From a virus (Duplodnaviria; Caudoviricetes): a DNA stretch of 28,498 bases. The position numbers and the translations under genes are program-made. The notes beneath the pieces were generated by a model. That model had not been told where the DNA came from. It made no database searches and saw only the letters and a program-made list of their open reading frames with translations. Each line of letters begins with the position of its first letter. Position 1 is the stretch's first letter. Of this stretch, positions 8,498 through 15,658 are shown piece after piece. Location: IMG/VR virus record IMGVR_UViG_3300014638_000008, positions 1 through 28,498 of that record; one strand, given 5' to 3'.

Positions 8498-8968
8498 ATG
8501 CCTGACGTCATGACCGTCAAAATCTCGGGGCTCGACCAGATAGACAGAAAACTTAGATCGATGCCACTGGGGGTTGCCCGGCGACTTCTACGCCAAGCGA
8601 TGCGCTCTGCGGCTACGATTTGGCGCGACGAGATGCAAATACGCGCGCCACGGGGCGCGACAGAGGTAAGAACTAAATCCGGTATCATCAAGAAATATCC
8701 GGGTTTTCTCGCGGAGCATATTCGTATCCAGGTGGGAGCAAATTCGGACCTGGAAGGCTACGCCAAAGTCGGACCGGCCAGGGCGGCTTTTTGGGGAATG
8801 TTCCTCGAATTTGGCACAGGGCCTCGTCACAAAAAATCCGGTGCATACTCAGGTGTGATGCCAGCTCATCCTTTCATCCGAGCTAGTTATGAATCCAAAG
8901 CCAGCGCGGTGCTGGATAAGTTTGTCGAAGAAGGGCGCAAGATTGTGGCAGAGGAAGCGATACATTAA
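8498..8968 (+). CDS. HK97 gp10-family tail completion protein
   Basis: Motifs ISGLDQ, RAP, FWGMFLEFGT and MPAHPFIR. Confidence 0.9.
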   Translation: MPDVMTVKISGLDQIDRKLRSMPLGVARRLLRQAMRSAATIWRDEMQIRAPRGATEVRTKSGIIKKYPGFLAEHIRIQVGANSDLEGYAKVGPARAAFWGMFLEFGTGPRHKKSGAYSGVMPAHPFIRASYESKASAVLDKFVEEGRKIVAEEAIH

Positions 8969-9399
8969 TGTTCGAATCGGATTTCTACGCCTTACTCACG
9001 AGCGATGCCACGCTACAATCCCTGCTGGGAAACAGCGCTTCGCCTGTGGCCACTCGCGGAGATGGCAAAAGCGGGATATTCCCGGTCACTCTTCCCTCAG
9101 CCTCCACGCTACCGGCAATAGTTTGGCTGATCATTTCCGGGAGCAGTATCGACACGCTCCAAGGCTGCAATCTGACCGGGCGCAAACGGGTACAGCTTGA
9201 CGTTTACGCCGCGGAATACGAGACGGCGAAGGCTGTTTTCGCAGAGCTCAAAAATCTGCTTTGCGGCTATCGCGGCGCGACGCAAAGCGGCGGGTACATC
9301 ACGTCCGTGATCAAGAATTTAGAACAGGACGTTTTCGAGGAAGTTCCGCTGCTTTTTCGCGCCATCCTGGATTTTAGCATGCTCTACACAGAACCTTAA
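8968..9399 (+). CDS. Tail terminator (DUF3168-like)
   Basis: Motifs IFPVTLP....PAIV, RVQLDVYA..Y..AK and FRAILDF; lies just before the tail tube gene. Confidence 0.85.
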   Translation: MFESDFYALLTSDATLQSLLGNSASPVATRGDGKSGIFPVTLPSASTLPAIVWLIISGSSIDTLQGCNLTGRKRVQLDVYAAEYETAKAVFAELKNLLCGYRGATQSGGYITSVIKNLEQDVFEEVPLLFRAILDFSMLYTEP

Positions 9400-9426
9400 A
9401 TCAATCCTGAGAAGAGGTGAAACAAA

Positions 9427-9900
9427 ATGGGCAATTACACCGGAAGCAAGGCGTTTGGCGGACCGGGGACATTCTTGGCGGTCGGCAACGGCGCGAGTCC
9501 CGAAGTTTACACAGAAGTTGCAGAAATCAAGACCATCAAGCGCAGCGGCTCCAAGATGGACACGCCCGACGTTACCAACATGGAGACGGTCAACCGATAT
9601 CGCGAGTACATCGCGACGCTGCTGGATGCCGGGGAAATCAGCATCGAGGGTAACTACATTCCCCACGATACCACGCAGCAGAATCTCCAAGCGCTTTTCG
9701 ATAACGCCACGCTGGCGCCTTGGACGATCACAAACCCGGCCCAGTCCATTGAAGTGTCCGGTGATCTACTCCCCGGATTTTGGGCGTTCAATGCTTACTT
9801 GACCAGCCTGGACATCGATTGGGACGTGGCCAAGGAAGCAACGTTCAGCGCCAAGCTAAAAGTCACTGGCCGGCCGGTCTACACCGACGAAGCGGTCTAA
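9427..9900 (+). CDS. Major tail tube protein
   Basis: Motifs VAEIKTI, DVTNME...YREYIATLLDAGEISIEGNYIP and AKLKVTGRP; strong GAGGT SD. Confidence 0.9.
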   Translation: MGNYTGSKAFGGPGTFLAVGNGASPEVYTEVAEIKTIKRSGSKMDTPDVTNMETVNRYREYIATLLDAGEISIEGNYIPHDTTQQNLQALFDNATLAPWTITNPAQSIEVSGDLLPGFWAFNAYLTSLDIDWDVAKEATFSAKLKVTGRPVYTDEAV

Positions 9901-9906
9901 GGTTTA

Positions 9907-9980
9907 AGCGGGTTAGAATAGCGGCCATTCGGAGGTCTCATAAGCCTCACAGCCGGGTTCGACTCCCGGACCCGCAACCA
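9907..9980 (+). tRNA. tRNA with CAT anticodon (Met, initiator-like)
   Basis: Acceptor a-gcgggt/acccgc-a, discriminator A and encoded CCA. D stem gaat/attc, anticodon arm gaggt-ctCATaa-gcctc, T arm ccggg-TTCGACT-cccgg. Confidence 0.92.
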
Positions 9981-9994
9981 ACTTCGGGGGAAAT

Positions 9995-10495
9995 ATGCCA
10001 AATCCAGTGAAGGGCGCGCTTCGGCGGCGCATCGTGCCCTCTGTGCCTCTCGCACTCAAGCTCGAGGACGATAGCGGCGCGAGCTTCACGCGCGATTTCC
10101 GCCTTTCGTTTGACTTCAACGCCTTCGCCTTGATCAACGAGCGGACCGGGTACTCCGTGGTGGATGGCAGCGTCTGGAAGCACCTGGATGAGCGGGTCGT
10201 CGGCGTGATGCTTTGGGCGGCCGTGCTCGCCCACAGCCCGGAGTACGGTGACGAGGAAGGATTGGCGGTGATCCGGTCCTACATCGACGCGGGCAACGCC
10301 GAGCTCGTTACGGAAAGCCTCTTTGATGCTTACGCTGCAGGCCTTCCCGCCGAGAAGAAGGCCGCGCTACTCGAAGCGAAAAACAAGCTTGTGCATGGCC
10401 AGGACCCTACACAGGCGCCGGGGAACGTGATGCCGGCGCCGCTCCCACCACCTGGATCGAATACTGGGCTATTGCAAGATTCGATCTCGGGCTAA
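9995..10495 (+). CDS. Tail assembly chaperone (gpG-like)
   Basis: Lies between tail tube and tape measure genes. LSFDFNA...I.E.TG motif; overlapped by an open -1 frame. Confidence 0.8.
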   Translation: MPNPVKGALRRRIVPSVPLALKLEDDSGASFTRDFRLSFDFNAFALINERTGYSVVDGSVWKHLDERVVGVMLWAAVLAHSPEYGDEEGLAVIRSYIDAGNAELVTESLFDAYAAGLPAEKKAALLEAKNKLVHGQDPTQAPGNVMPAPLPPPGSNTGLLQDSISG

Positions 10496-10818
10496 CCTGG
10501 CGCGAATTCGGCCGACTAAGCATTGCGGAATTCGATGCTCTGCTGGACCGCAAACAGGAGGCTGACCGCAAAGACTTCCTGCGCGCGGGCATCATCGCCG
10601 CGACGATCATCAATAGCAATCCCTGGCGAGAAAAGGGTGCGAAGGCTGCGGATCCATTTGACTTTGTGCCGGGGGGAAGAATCGGCGGTCAGAGACCGCC
10701 GCTACAGGCGCAGACGCTCAAAGAACAGGTGGCGACGCTCACCCAAATCATGGGATGCGGCCCGCGAAAAAAGCAGAAAGCAGAAAGTAGAAAGCAGAAG
10801 GCGCAGAGCAGGAGTTGA
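10378..10818 (+). CDS. gpT-like extension of the tail chaperone reached by -1 frameshift
   Basis: The -1 frame is open from 10327 to TGA at 10816-10818: ...TWIEYWAIARFDLGLTWREFGRLSIAEFDALL...RAGIIAATIINSN...DPFDFVP. Candidate slip site G AAA AAC at 10378-10384; start coordinate is approximate. Confidence 0.8.
   Translation, partial: EKQACAWPGPYTGAGERDAGAAPTTWIEYWAIARFDLGLTWREFGRLSIAEFDALLDRKQEADRKDFLRAGIIAATIINSNPWREKGAKAADPFDFVPGGRIGGQRPPLQAQTLKEQVATLTQIMGCGPRKKQKAESRKQKAQSRS
10770..10797 (+). repeat. Heptamer tandem repeat (AAAGCAG) x4
   Basis: aaagcag aaagcag aaagtag aaagcag, encoding KQKAESRKQK at the end of the gpT frame. Confidence 0.9.
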
Positions 10819-11177
10819 GCGTGACAATCGAAGCCATGGTCGTCTGTCTGGTGCTCGCGCTTTTATATCTGGATTCCCATTTCGATCGACCCAGCAGGAA
10901 AGAATTCGAAAAACTAAAGGAGACAATCATGTCAGGACTTACCGATTTACAAGCTGTTGTAGCAAAGTTGCAGGCGGACCTCACAGGGCTGCAAACCTCT
11001 GTCCAAAACGCGCTAATCGCCATCGAAAACGAAGACCAAGATACAGCAGTGGAGACCGCGGCACAAGCGCTGCAGGCCGTTGATGCCGGACTCGAAGCGG
11101 CAACCGCCAGTTTGAGTGCGATTGCGCCGGCTCCCGCGCCAGCAGCTCCCGCAGCTCCCACACCCGCTGCCAGCTAA
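10815..11177 (+). CDS. Ala-rich coiled-coil hypothetical protein, probably with two in-frame starts (10815/10821 and 10929)
   Basis: GGAG precedes the TTG/GTG upstream starts and AAGGAG precedes ATG 10929. The long form has an N-terminal hydrophobic segment; both have an APAP-rich tail. Confidence 0.75.
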   Translation: MSVTIEAMVVCLVLALLYLDSHFDRPSRKEFEKLKETIMSGLTDLQAVVAKLQADLTGLQTSVQNALIAIENEDQDTAVETAAQALQAVDAGLEAATASLSAIAPAPAPAAPAAPTPAAS

Positions 11178-11179
11178 AT

Positions 11180-11268
11180 TTATCGAGCTATTTTATCATC
11201 GGGTCATTGAATCATCACTTTGCAATGTCGAGATGACTCGATGGACTGATAACCCAATCTCCCGATAG
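11180..11268. repeat. Degenerate 8-nt-period repeat array in two inverted halves
   Basis: Left half ttatcgag ctatttta tcatcggg tcattgaa tcatcact; right half tgcaatgt cgagatga ctcgatgg actgataa cccaatct cccgatag. AT recurs every 8 nt in each half. Confidence 0.75.
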
Positions 11269-11276
11269 GAAATTGC

Positions 11277-13721
11277 ATGGCCATTTCTCTCGGCTCGCTC
11301 TTTGTCGATCTGAAGGTCAACCTCGGGGAATTTGTGTCTGGCATGACCAAAGGCCAGGCCTCGATGAAGTCCTTTGGCAAGGAAATACAAACCGGCCTGA
11401 CGCAAGCGGGAGCCCTGTTCGCGCCGCTAGGCGAGATGGGCCAGAAGCTCGCAGGCACATTGGATGTTTTGGGGAAATCCGCAGGCACTGCATTCACGCA
11501 ACTCAGCCGGGGTCAAATGTTGGCGGCGGGGATCGGGACGTTGGGAGTGGCGGCGACAGCGGCGGCTGGCGGGATATTCGCGCTGGCCATGAAGTCTGCC
11601 GATTTAGGAGCGAAGGTTTACGATGCGTCAACAACCACTGGGATCGCTGCTGGCCAACTTTCTGGATTGATGGCAATAGCCAAGGAAACGGGCGGTGACT
11701 TCGATCAGATGACGGTATCTTTGGCGCGCGCCGGCGTCAGCCTGCACAACGCGATTTCCAATCCTGCCAGCGCGGCAGCTAGGGCATTGACGGCCGATCT
11801 CGGCCCAGCGTTCTCTCTCGCTGCCGAGAAAAGCAAGTCGATGGGCGATGCGCTGCGTGATACCCTGAAGCACATCTACGATTTGCACGATGCAGGGACT
11901 CGGGAAGCAGCTCTACAAATTTTGCTACAGCGAGGATGGACGCAGAATGGTGCAGCATTAGAGGCCTGGGCGCGAAGTGCCGATGCCGGGGCGGCAGCCG
12001 CAAAGGGTATGGGAAGATACTTTAGTGACGACCAGGCAAAACAGGCAAAGACACTAAAGGTCGAAATTGCGTCGCTTTCGGCGAAGGCGGAGGGCTTGGG
12101 ACTTGCCCTCGGCCGCAGGGCCATACCATATGTACTAGCATTCGCCAATGCTATAGTAGAATCAATACCGTATGTAAAGGCACTAATAGAGGGAATGATA
12201 GCCGTAGGAGCTGCCGCGACTGGGCAACTTTACAAGGCGGAAATATGGGCAGAAAAGGCCGGAGAAACCTGGAAAGGAGCCCCAAAATGGATCGCCGATT
12301 TCCGCGCTCAAGTTGCTGCTTTGACCGCAGCGGCAGGGTCGGGGGGCACAGGCGACACACCTCCGGGAGGTACATTCAAGGCGCATGCGGATGCCTTAGC
12401 GGAACTTATCGCACGACAAAGGGACGAGCTGGACGCGCTCGACTCAAACAACAACGCGCGGCGGGAGATGGAGCTCGAGTACAATCACACCATTACGGCC
12501 ATCGAAAAAGCGCTGGCCGCGCATGGGTCGGAAAGGGAAGCAATCGAGGCGGAAGGCCTGGCGCTCGATGTTTACAACCGAAAGCTCGATCTTTACAACG
12601 AGAAGATTCTGGCGAGCGGCAAGAATGTGATTCCCCCGTTGCCCTGGCTCCAGGGGCCGCTAGCCGCGCCGGAATTGTCCTTGCCGAGCCTGCCCGCCGG
12701 TCTTTTGAGCGGAGCCACCCCCCCCACACAAACACTTGCTCAGCTTGCCAAGCTTGGTTCGCAGGGCGAAAACACTACAGCCGTCATGCGCACGTTAGCG
12801 AAAGTGGCAGAGTTAGACGATGACAATTTTAGCAAGCTTGCCCAAGCATTTCCCAATCTCACCGAAAACATGCTGGCTGCCGATCCCGCCGCCATGAAGC
12901 TCTTGAACACGCTGCTAAAAATGCAGAAGGCGGGGATCTCTGGCGTAGTGGACAGCTTTAAGGAACTCGGAGATCAGATCATCCTTACTGGAGACGAGCT
13001 CGGTAAGCACCTCGCAGATGCCTTTGGACATGCGCTGGACAGCGTAGAAGATCAGCTCGCAAAGCTGGCCATAACAGGGAAAGCGAATTTCAAGAAAATT
13101 GGCGAGGGATTGGAAGAGAGCATTGCCAAAGCTGGCATACAGAGGGGTATCAGCTCGCTCATGGGAATGACCGGACTCGGGCATATATTTGGCGGTGGCA
13201 AACGCGACGGGTCCACACCCCAGGCGTCACTGTATGTGACGCCGACAAGTGCGGGAAGTTTTGGCGCGCTAACCGCAGGCGGAGGGCAGGGAGCTGGAAA
13301 ACTGGCAGAGCTTCCGATTGGGGATTTGGCAAAATCTAATCAAGATACCTCCCAGCAGCAGACCGCTGAGCTCAGCAATGCGTTTGGCACGATGTTTCAA
13401 AGTCTAAGCGGCGAGTTGGGAGGCCTCTTTAAGGGGCTCGGCTCGATTTTTGGCAAGATCTTCGGGGGATTTCTACAAGGCGGAGGAAATGTTTCGCCTG
13501 GCCATGCCTACGTTGTGGGCGAGCGGCATCCCGAGTGGTTTGTGCCCAAAATGGCGGGCCAAGTACAGCCCTCGATGGCTATGCATGCCATGCGGCCCTT
13601 GACGTATTCCCCAACCTTCCACATCAACACGCCCGACGCGGACAGTTTTCGCCGCGCACACTCGGCCATCGTCGCGGACGGCTACCGCCAAATGGCGTTG
13701 GTACACGCCAGGAACGGGTAG
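11277..13721 (+). CDS. Tail tape measure protein (814 aa)
   Basis: LGSLFVDLKVN N-terminus, Ala/Gly-rich helical body and C-terminal GG.V.PG..YVVGE.HPE.FVP motif. Confidence 0.92.
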   Translation: MAISLGSLFVDLKVNLGEFVSGMTKGQASMKSFGKEIQTGLTQAGALFAPLGEMGQKLAGTLDVLGKSAGTAFTQLSRGQMLAAGIGTLGVAATAAAGGIFALAMKSADLGAKVYDASTTTGIAAGQLSGLMAIAKETGGDFDQMTVSLARAGVSLHNAISNPASAAARALTADLGPAFSLAAEKSKSMGDALRDTLKHIYDLHDAGTREAALQILLQRGWTQNGAALEAWARSADAGAAAAKGMGRYFSDDQAKQAKTLKVEIASLSAKAEGLGLALGRRAIPYVLAFANAIVESIPYVKALIEGMIAVGAAATGQLYKAEIWAEKAGETWKGAPKWIADFRAQVAALTAAAGSGGTGDTPPGGTFKAHADALAELIARQRDELDALDSNNNARREMELEYNHTITAIEKALAAHGSEREAIEAEGLALDVYNRKLDLYNEKILASGKNVIPPLPWLQGPLAAPELSLPSLPAGLLSGATPPTQTLAQLAKLGSQGENTTAVMRTLAKVAELDDDNFSKLAQAFPNLTENMLAADPAAMKLLNTLLKMQKAGISGVVDSFKELGDQIILTGDELGKHLADAFGHALDSVEDQLAKLAITGKANFKKIGEGLEESIAKAGIQRGISSLMGMTGLGHIFGGGKRDGSTPQASLYVTPTSAGSFGALTAGGGQGAGKLAELPIGDLAKSNQDTSQQQTAELSNAFGTMFQSLSGELGGLFKGLGSIFGKIFGGFLQGGGNVSPGHAYVVGERHPEWFVPKMAGQVQPSMAMHAMRPLTYSPTFHINTPDADSFRRAHSAIVADGYRQMALVHARNG

Positions 13722-13727
13722 GAGAGT

Positions 13728-13762
13728 AGGGAACAGGGAATAGGGAACAGGGAATAGGAAAC
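13728..13762 (+). repeat. Heptamer tandem repeat (AGGGAAY) x5
   Basis: agggaac agggaat agggaac agggaat aggaaac, filling most of the spacer between tape measure and DUF2460 genes. Confidence 0.95.
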
Positions 13763-13766
13763 AGAA

Positions 13767-14411
13767 ATGCCATTTTTTGAATGCGAATTTCCGCGTGCCA
13801 TTGCTTACTCCGCCCAGGGCGGACCTACATGGTCCACGATCGTGAATAGGGGTTTCTCGGGCTATGAGCAACGCAACCGGAATTGGCTGCTGGCGCTCTC
13901 GAAGTGGAAGATTGCGCTCGATTACAAGCCGATTTCCTATTTTCAGAACGTCTACGACTTCTGGCTAAATGTGGGCGGCATGGCGGACGCTTTCCGATTC
14001 CTAGATCGTAAGGACTTCGAGGCTTTCGGTCAGCCCATGCTCGCCACGTCCGAGGCGGCCGTCTGGCAATTAGCCCGAACATACGTCACAGGGACCCGAA
14101 GCTACGTCAAGCCCATTCAAAAACCCATCACTTCCTCCGTAGCGCAATACAAGGGCGGCTACTGCGAAGACACGGTGGTGGTATATCTCTCTGGGGTGGA
14201 GCAAAGCTCTGGCTGGACGCTCGACTACACGACAGGTCTGGTGACATTCACTAGCGCGCCCAGCGGCACTCCTACAGCGGATTTTCAATTCCATCATCCT
14301 GCGCGATTCGACATGGACGATTGCCAGGCGGTCATAGAAGAATCTGACGTACCGGGCGGCAACGCCGTGATCACGTGGGCGGACGTGACACTGATAGAGG
14401 TGAGACTCTAA
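13767..14411 (+). CDS. DUF2460 family distal tail protein (RcGTA g12-like)
   Basis: Motifs F.E..FP...GGP.WST.V....SGYEQRN..W, FRFLD..DF, DYTTGLVTF..AP and ADFQF..P.RFD. Confidence 0.93.
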   Translation: MPFFECEFPRAIAYSAQGGPTWSTIVNRGFSGYEQRNRNWLLALSKWKIALDYKPISYFQNVYDFWLNVGGMADAFRFLDRKDFEAFGQPMLATSEAAVWQLARTYVTGTRSYVKPIQKPITSSVAQYKGGYCEDTVVVYLSGVEQSSGWTLDYTTGLVTFTSAPSGTPTADFQFHHPARFDMDDCQAVIEESDVPGGNAVITWADVTLIEVRL

Positions 14412-14572
14412 TGCTCTTATTCCTGCGCCGAATTATCGAATGGACACGCATCGTAGGAAGGGAGATGTCCTGGGCGGAGCGGATCGGACCCTTTCACGCC
14501 TGGGAAATAGCATGTACGATACATAATAAACGCGACGACAGAATCCGGCAAAATCTCGAGAGGAACATTTAA
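14411..14572 (+). CDS. Small hypothetical protein (53 aa)
   Basis: TAATG coupling at both ends. Confidence 0.6.
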   Translation: MLLFLRRIIEWTRIVGREMSWAERIGPFHAWEIACTIHNKRDDRIRQNLERNI

Positions 14573-15276
14573 TGCTCGTTTCCGCCATCATGCCGACTGC
14601 TGACAGACATCAGCTTATACCGTCCGCGATTAAATGCTATCTCTCGCAGACGTATCAAAATCGAGAATTAGTCATTTTGGACGATGGAAAAGCGGCATTG
14701 GGCGACGCCCACCGCTGGGTGAAGCTTTATCCAGAGATTCGCTATTTTCGCGTGGACTGCAAGTTTATTAGCCTCGGGGAAAAGCGCAACGAGCTGTGTC
14801 GCTTGGCGCAGGGCGAGATCATCATCCACTGGGATGACGACGATTGGTCGGCTCCAGAGCGCATGCAGGACCAAGTAGATCGGTTGCTCGCCTCCGGCAA
14901 AGCGGTGACCGGATATCATCGTATTTTGTATTGGAATTCCCGGTTGCGAGGTAATGACTGCAATCTGGATGAGCGCAATGGCGCCGCGTACCAATATCGC
15001 CACCAAGGGCGCGGTCCCTACGCGGTAGGAACCTCGCAGTGTTATCTGCGCGAATGGGCGCTCAAACATCCCTTCCCGGAAAAATCTTACGGCGAAGATA
15101 CGGCATTCAGCCACCGGGCGCGGGAACTTGACCAGCTTACCTCGGTGGATGCGGGTAAAATGATGGTGGTGAGAGTACATGGCGCGAACACCGGCCACCC
15201 ATCGCTGGGCAGTAGCGCATTTCCAGCTATCTCGAAAACAGAGATCCCGGAGGCATTTTTTGAAGACCGCATCTGA
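14572..15276 (+). CDS. Glycosyltransferase family 2 (GT-A fold)
   Basis: Motifs LVSAIMPT, QTY.N.ELVILDDG, LGEKRN, HWDDDDW..PER...QV and GED. Confidence 0.93.
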   Translation: MLVSAIMPTADRHQLIPSAIKCYLSQTYQNRELVILDDGKAALGDAHRWVKLYPEIRYFRVDCKFISLGEKRNELCRLAQGEIIIHWDDDDWSAPERMQDQVDRLLASGKAVTGYHRILYWNSRLRGNDCNLDERNGAAYQYRHQGRGPYAVGTSQCYLREWALKHPFPEKSYGEDTAFSHRARELDQLTSVDAGKMMVVRVHGANTGHPSLGSSAFPAISKTEIPEAFFEDRI

Positions 15277-15439
15277 CGCATTAATCGCGCACATGACAGG
15301 CGAGTGCACCACGCTGGCTTACATCTGGGAACTGAAGCAGAACGCTCTCTGCTGCAAGCCCAATCCACCCGTTCCCGCCCTCCAGCAAGTCCAGGTTCCG
15401 GTCCCCATACCTACCGACCTTGACCAAGGCGGATCATGA
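15260..15439 (+). CDS. Detached N-terminal fragment of DUF2163 baseplate hub protein (59 aa)
   Basis: TTG start 6 nt after GGAGG. MKTASDALIAHMTGECTTLAYIWELKQ matches the family start MK..S.AL.AHL....TTLA..W, followed by a Pro-rich tail. Confidence 0.8.
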   Translation: MKTASDALIAHMTGECTTLAYIWELKQNALCCKPNPPVPALQQVQVPVPIPTDLDQGGS

Positions 15440-15657
15440 GCGACAATCCAACGCCCGCACGCGGCCTGGGCGACACGATTGCCAAAGCTACCACAGCGCT
15501 TGGCGTGAAGCCATGTCCCGGGTGCAAGCGCCGGCAAGCGGCGCTAAATAGGCTCATTCCCTATCGCCAGACCCCAGGACAGAGGCCGCCGCTTTCCGCT
15601 GCGCAGCTCGAGGCATGGAATCAATTTAAGCGCTGGGTTAATTCACGCAAGAAATAG
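15436..15657 (+). CDS. Small Cys-containing phage protein (73 aa)
   Basis: ATGA overlap with the upstream ORF; RGLGDTIAK.T..LGVKPCPGCKRRQ..LN motif. Confidence 0.8.
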   Translation: MSDNPTPARGLGDTIAKATTALGVKPCPGCKRRQAALNRLIPYRQTPGQRPPLSAAQLEAWNQFKRWVNSRKK

Positions 15658-15658
15658 T

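Noticed and set aside
9907-9980. tRNA as a prophage attachment boundary
   Set aside because: It lies inside a continuous tail operon, with no integrase or duplicated 3' end in the window.
10523-11083. 186-aa Arg-rich + strand ORF
   Set aside because: It is an off-frame overlap of the gpT-like frame and the 10815 gene.
13728-13762. Repeat tracts as CRISPR arrays
   Set aside because: Units are 7-8 nt with no spacers, and there are no cas genes.
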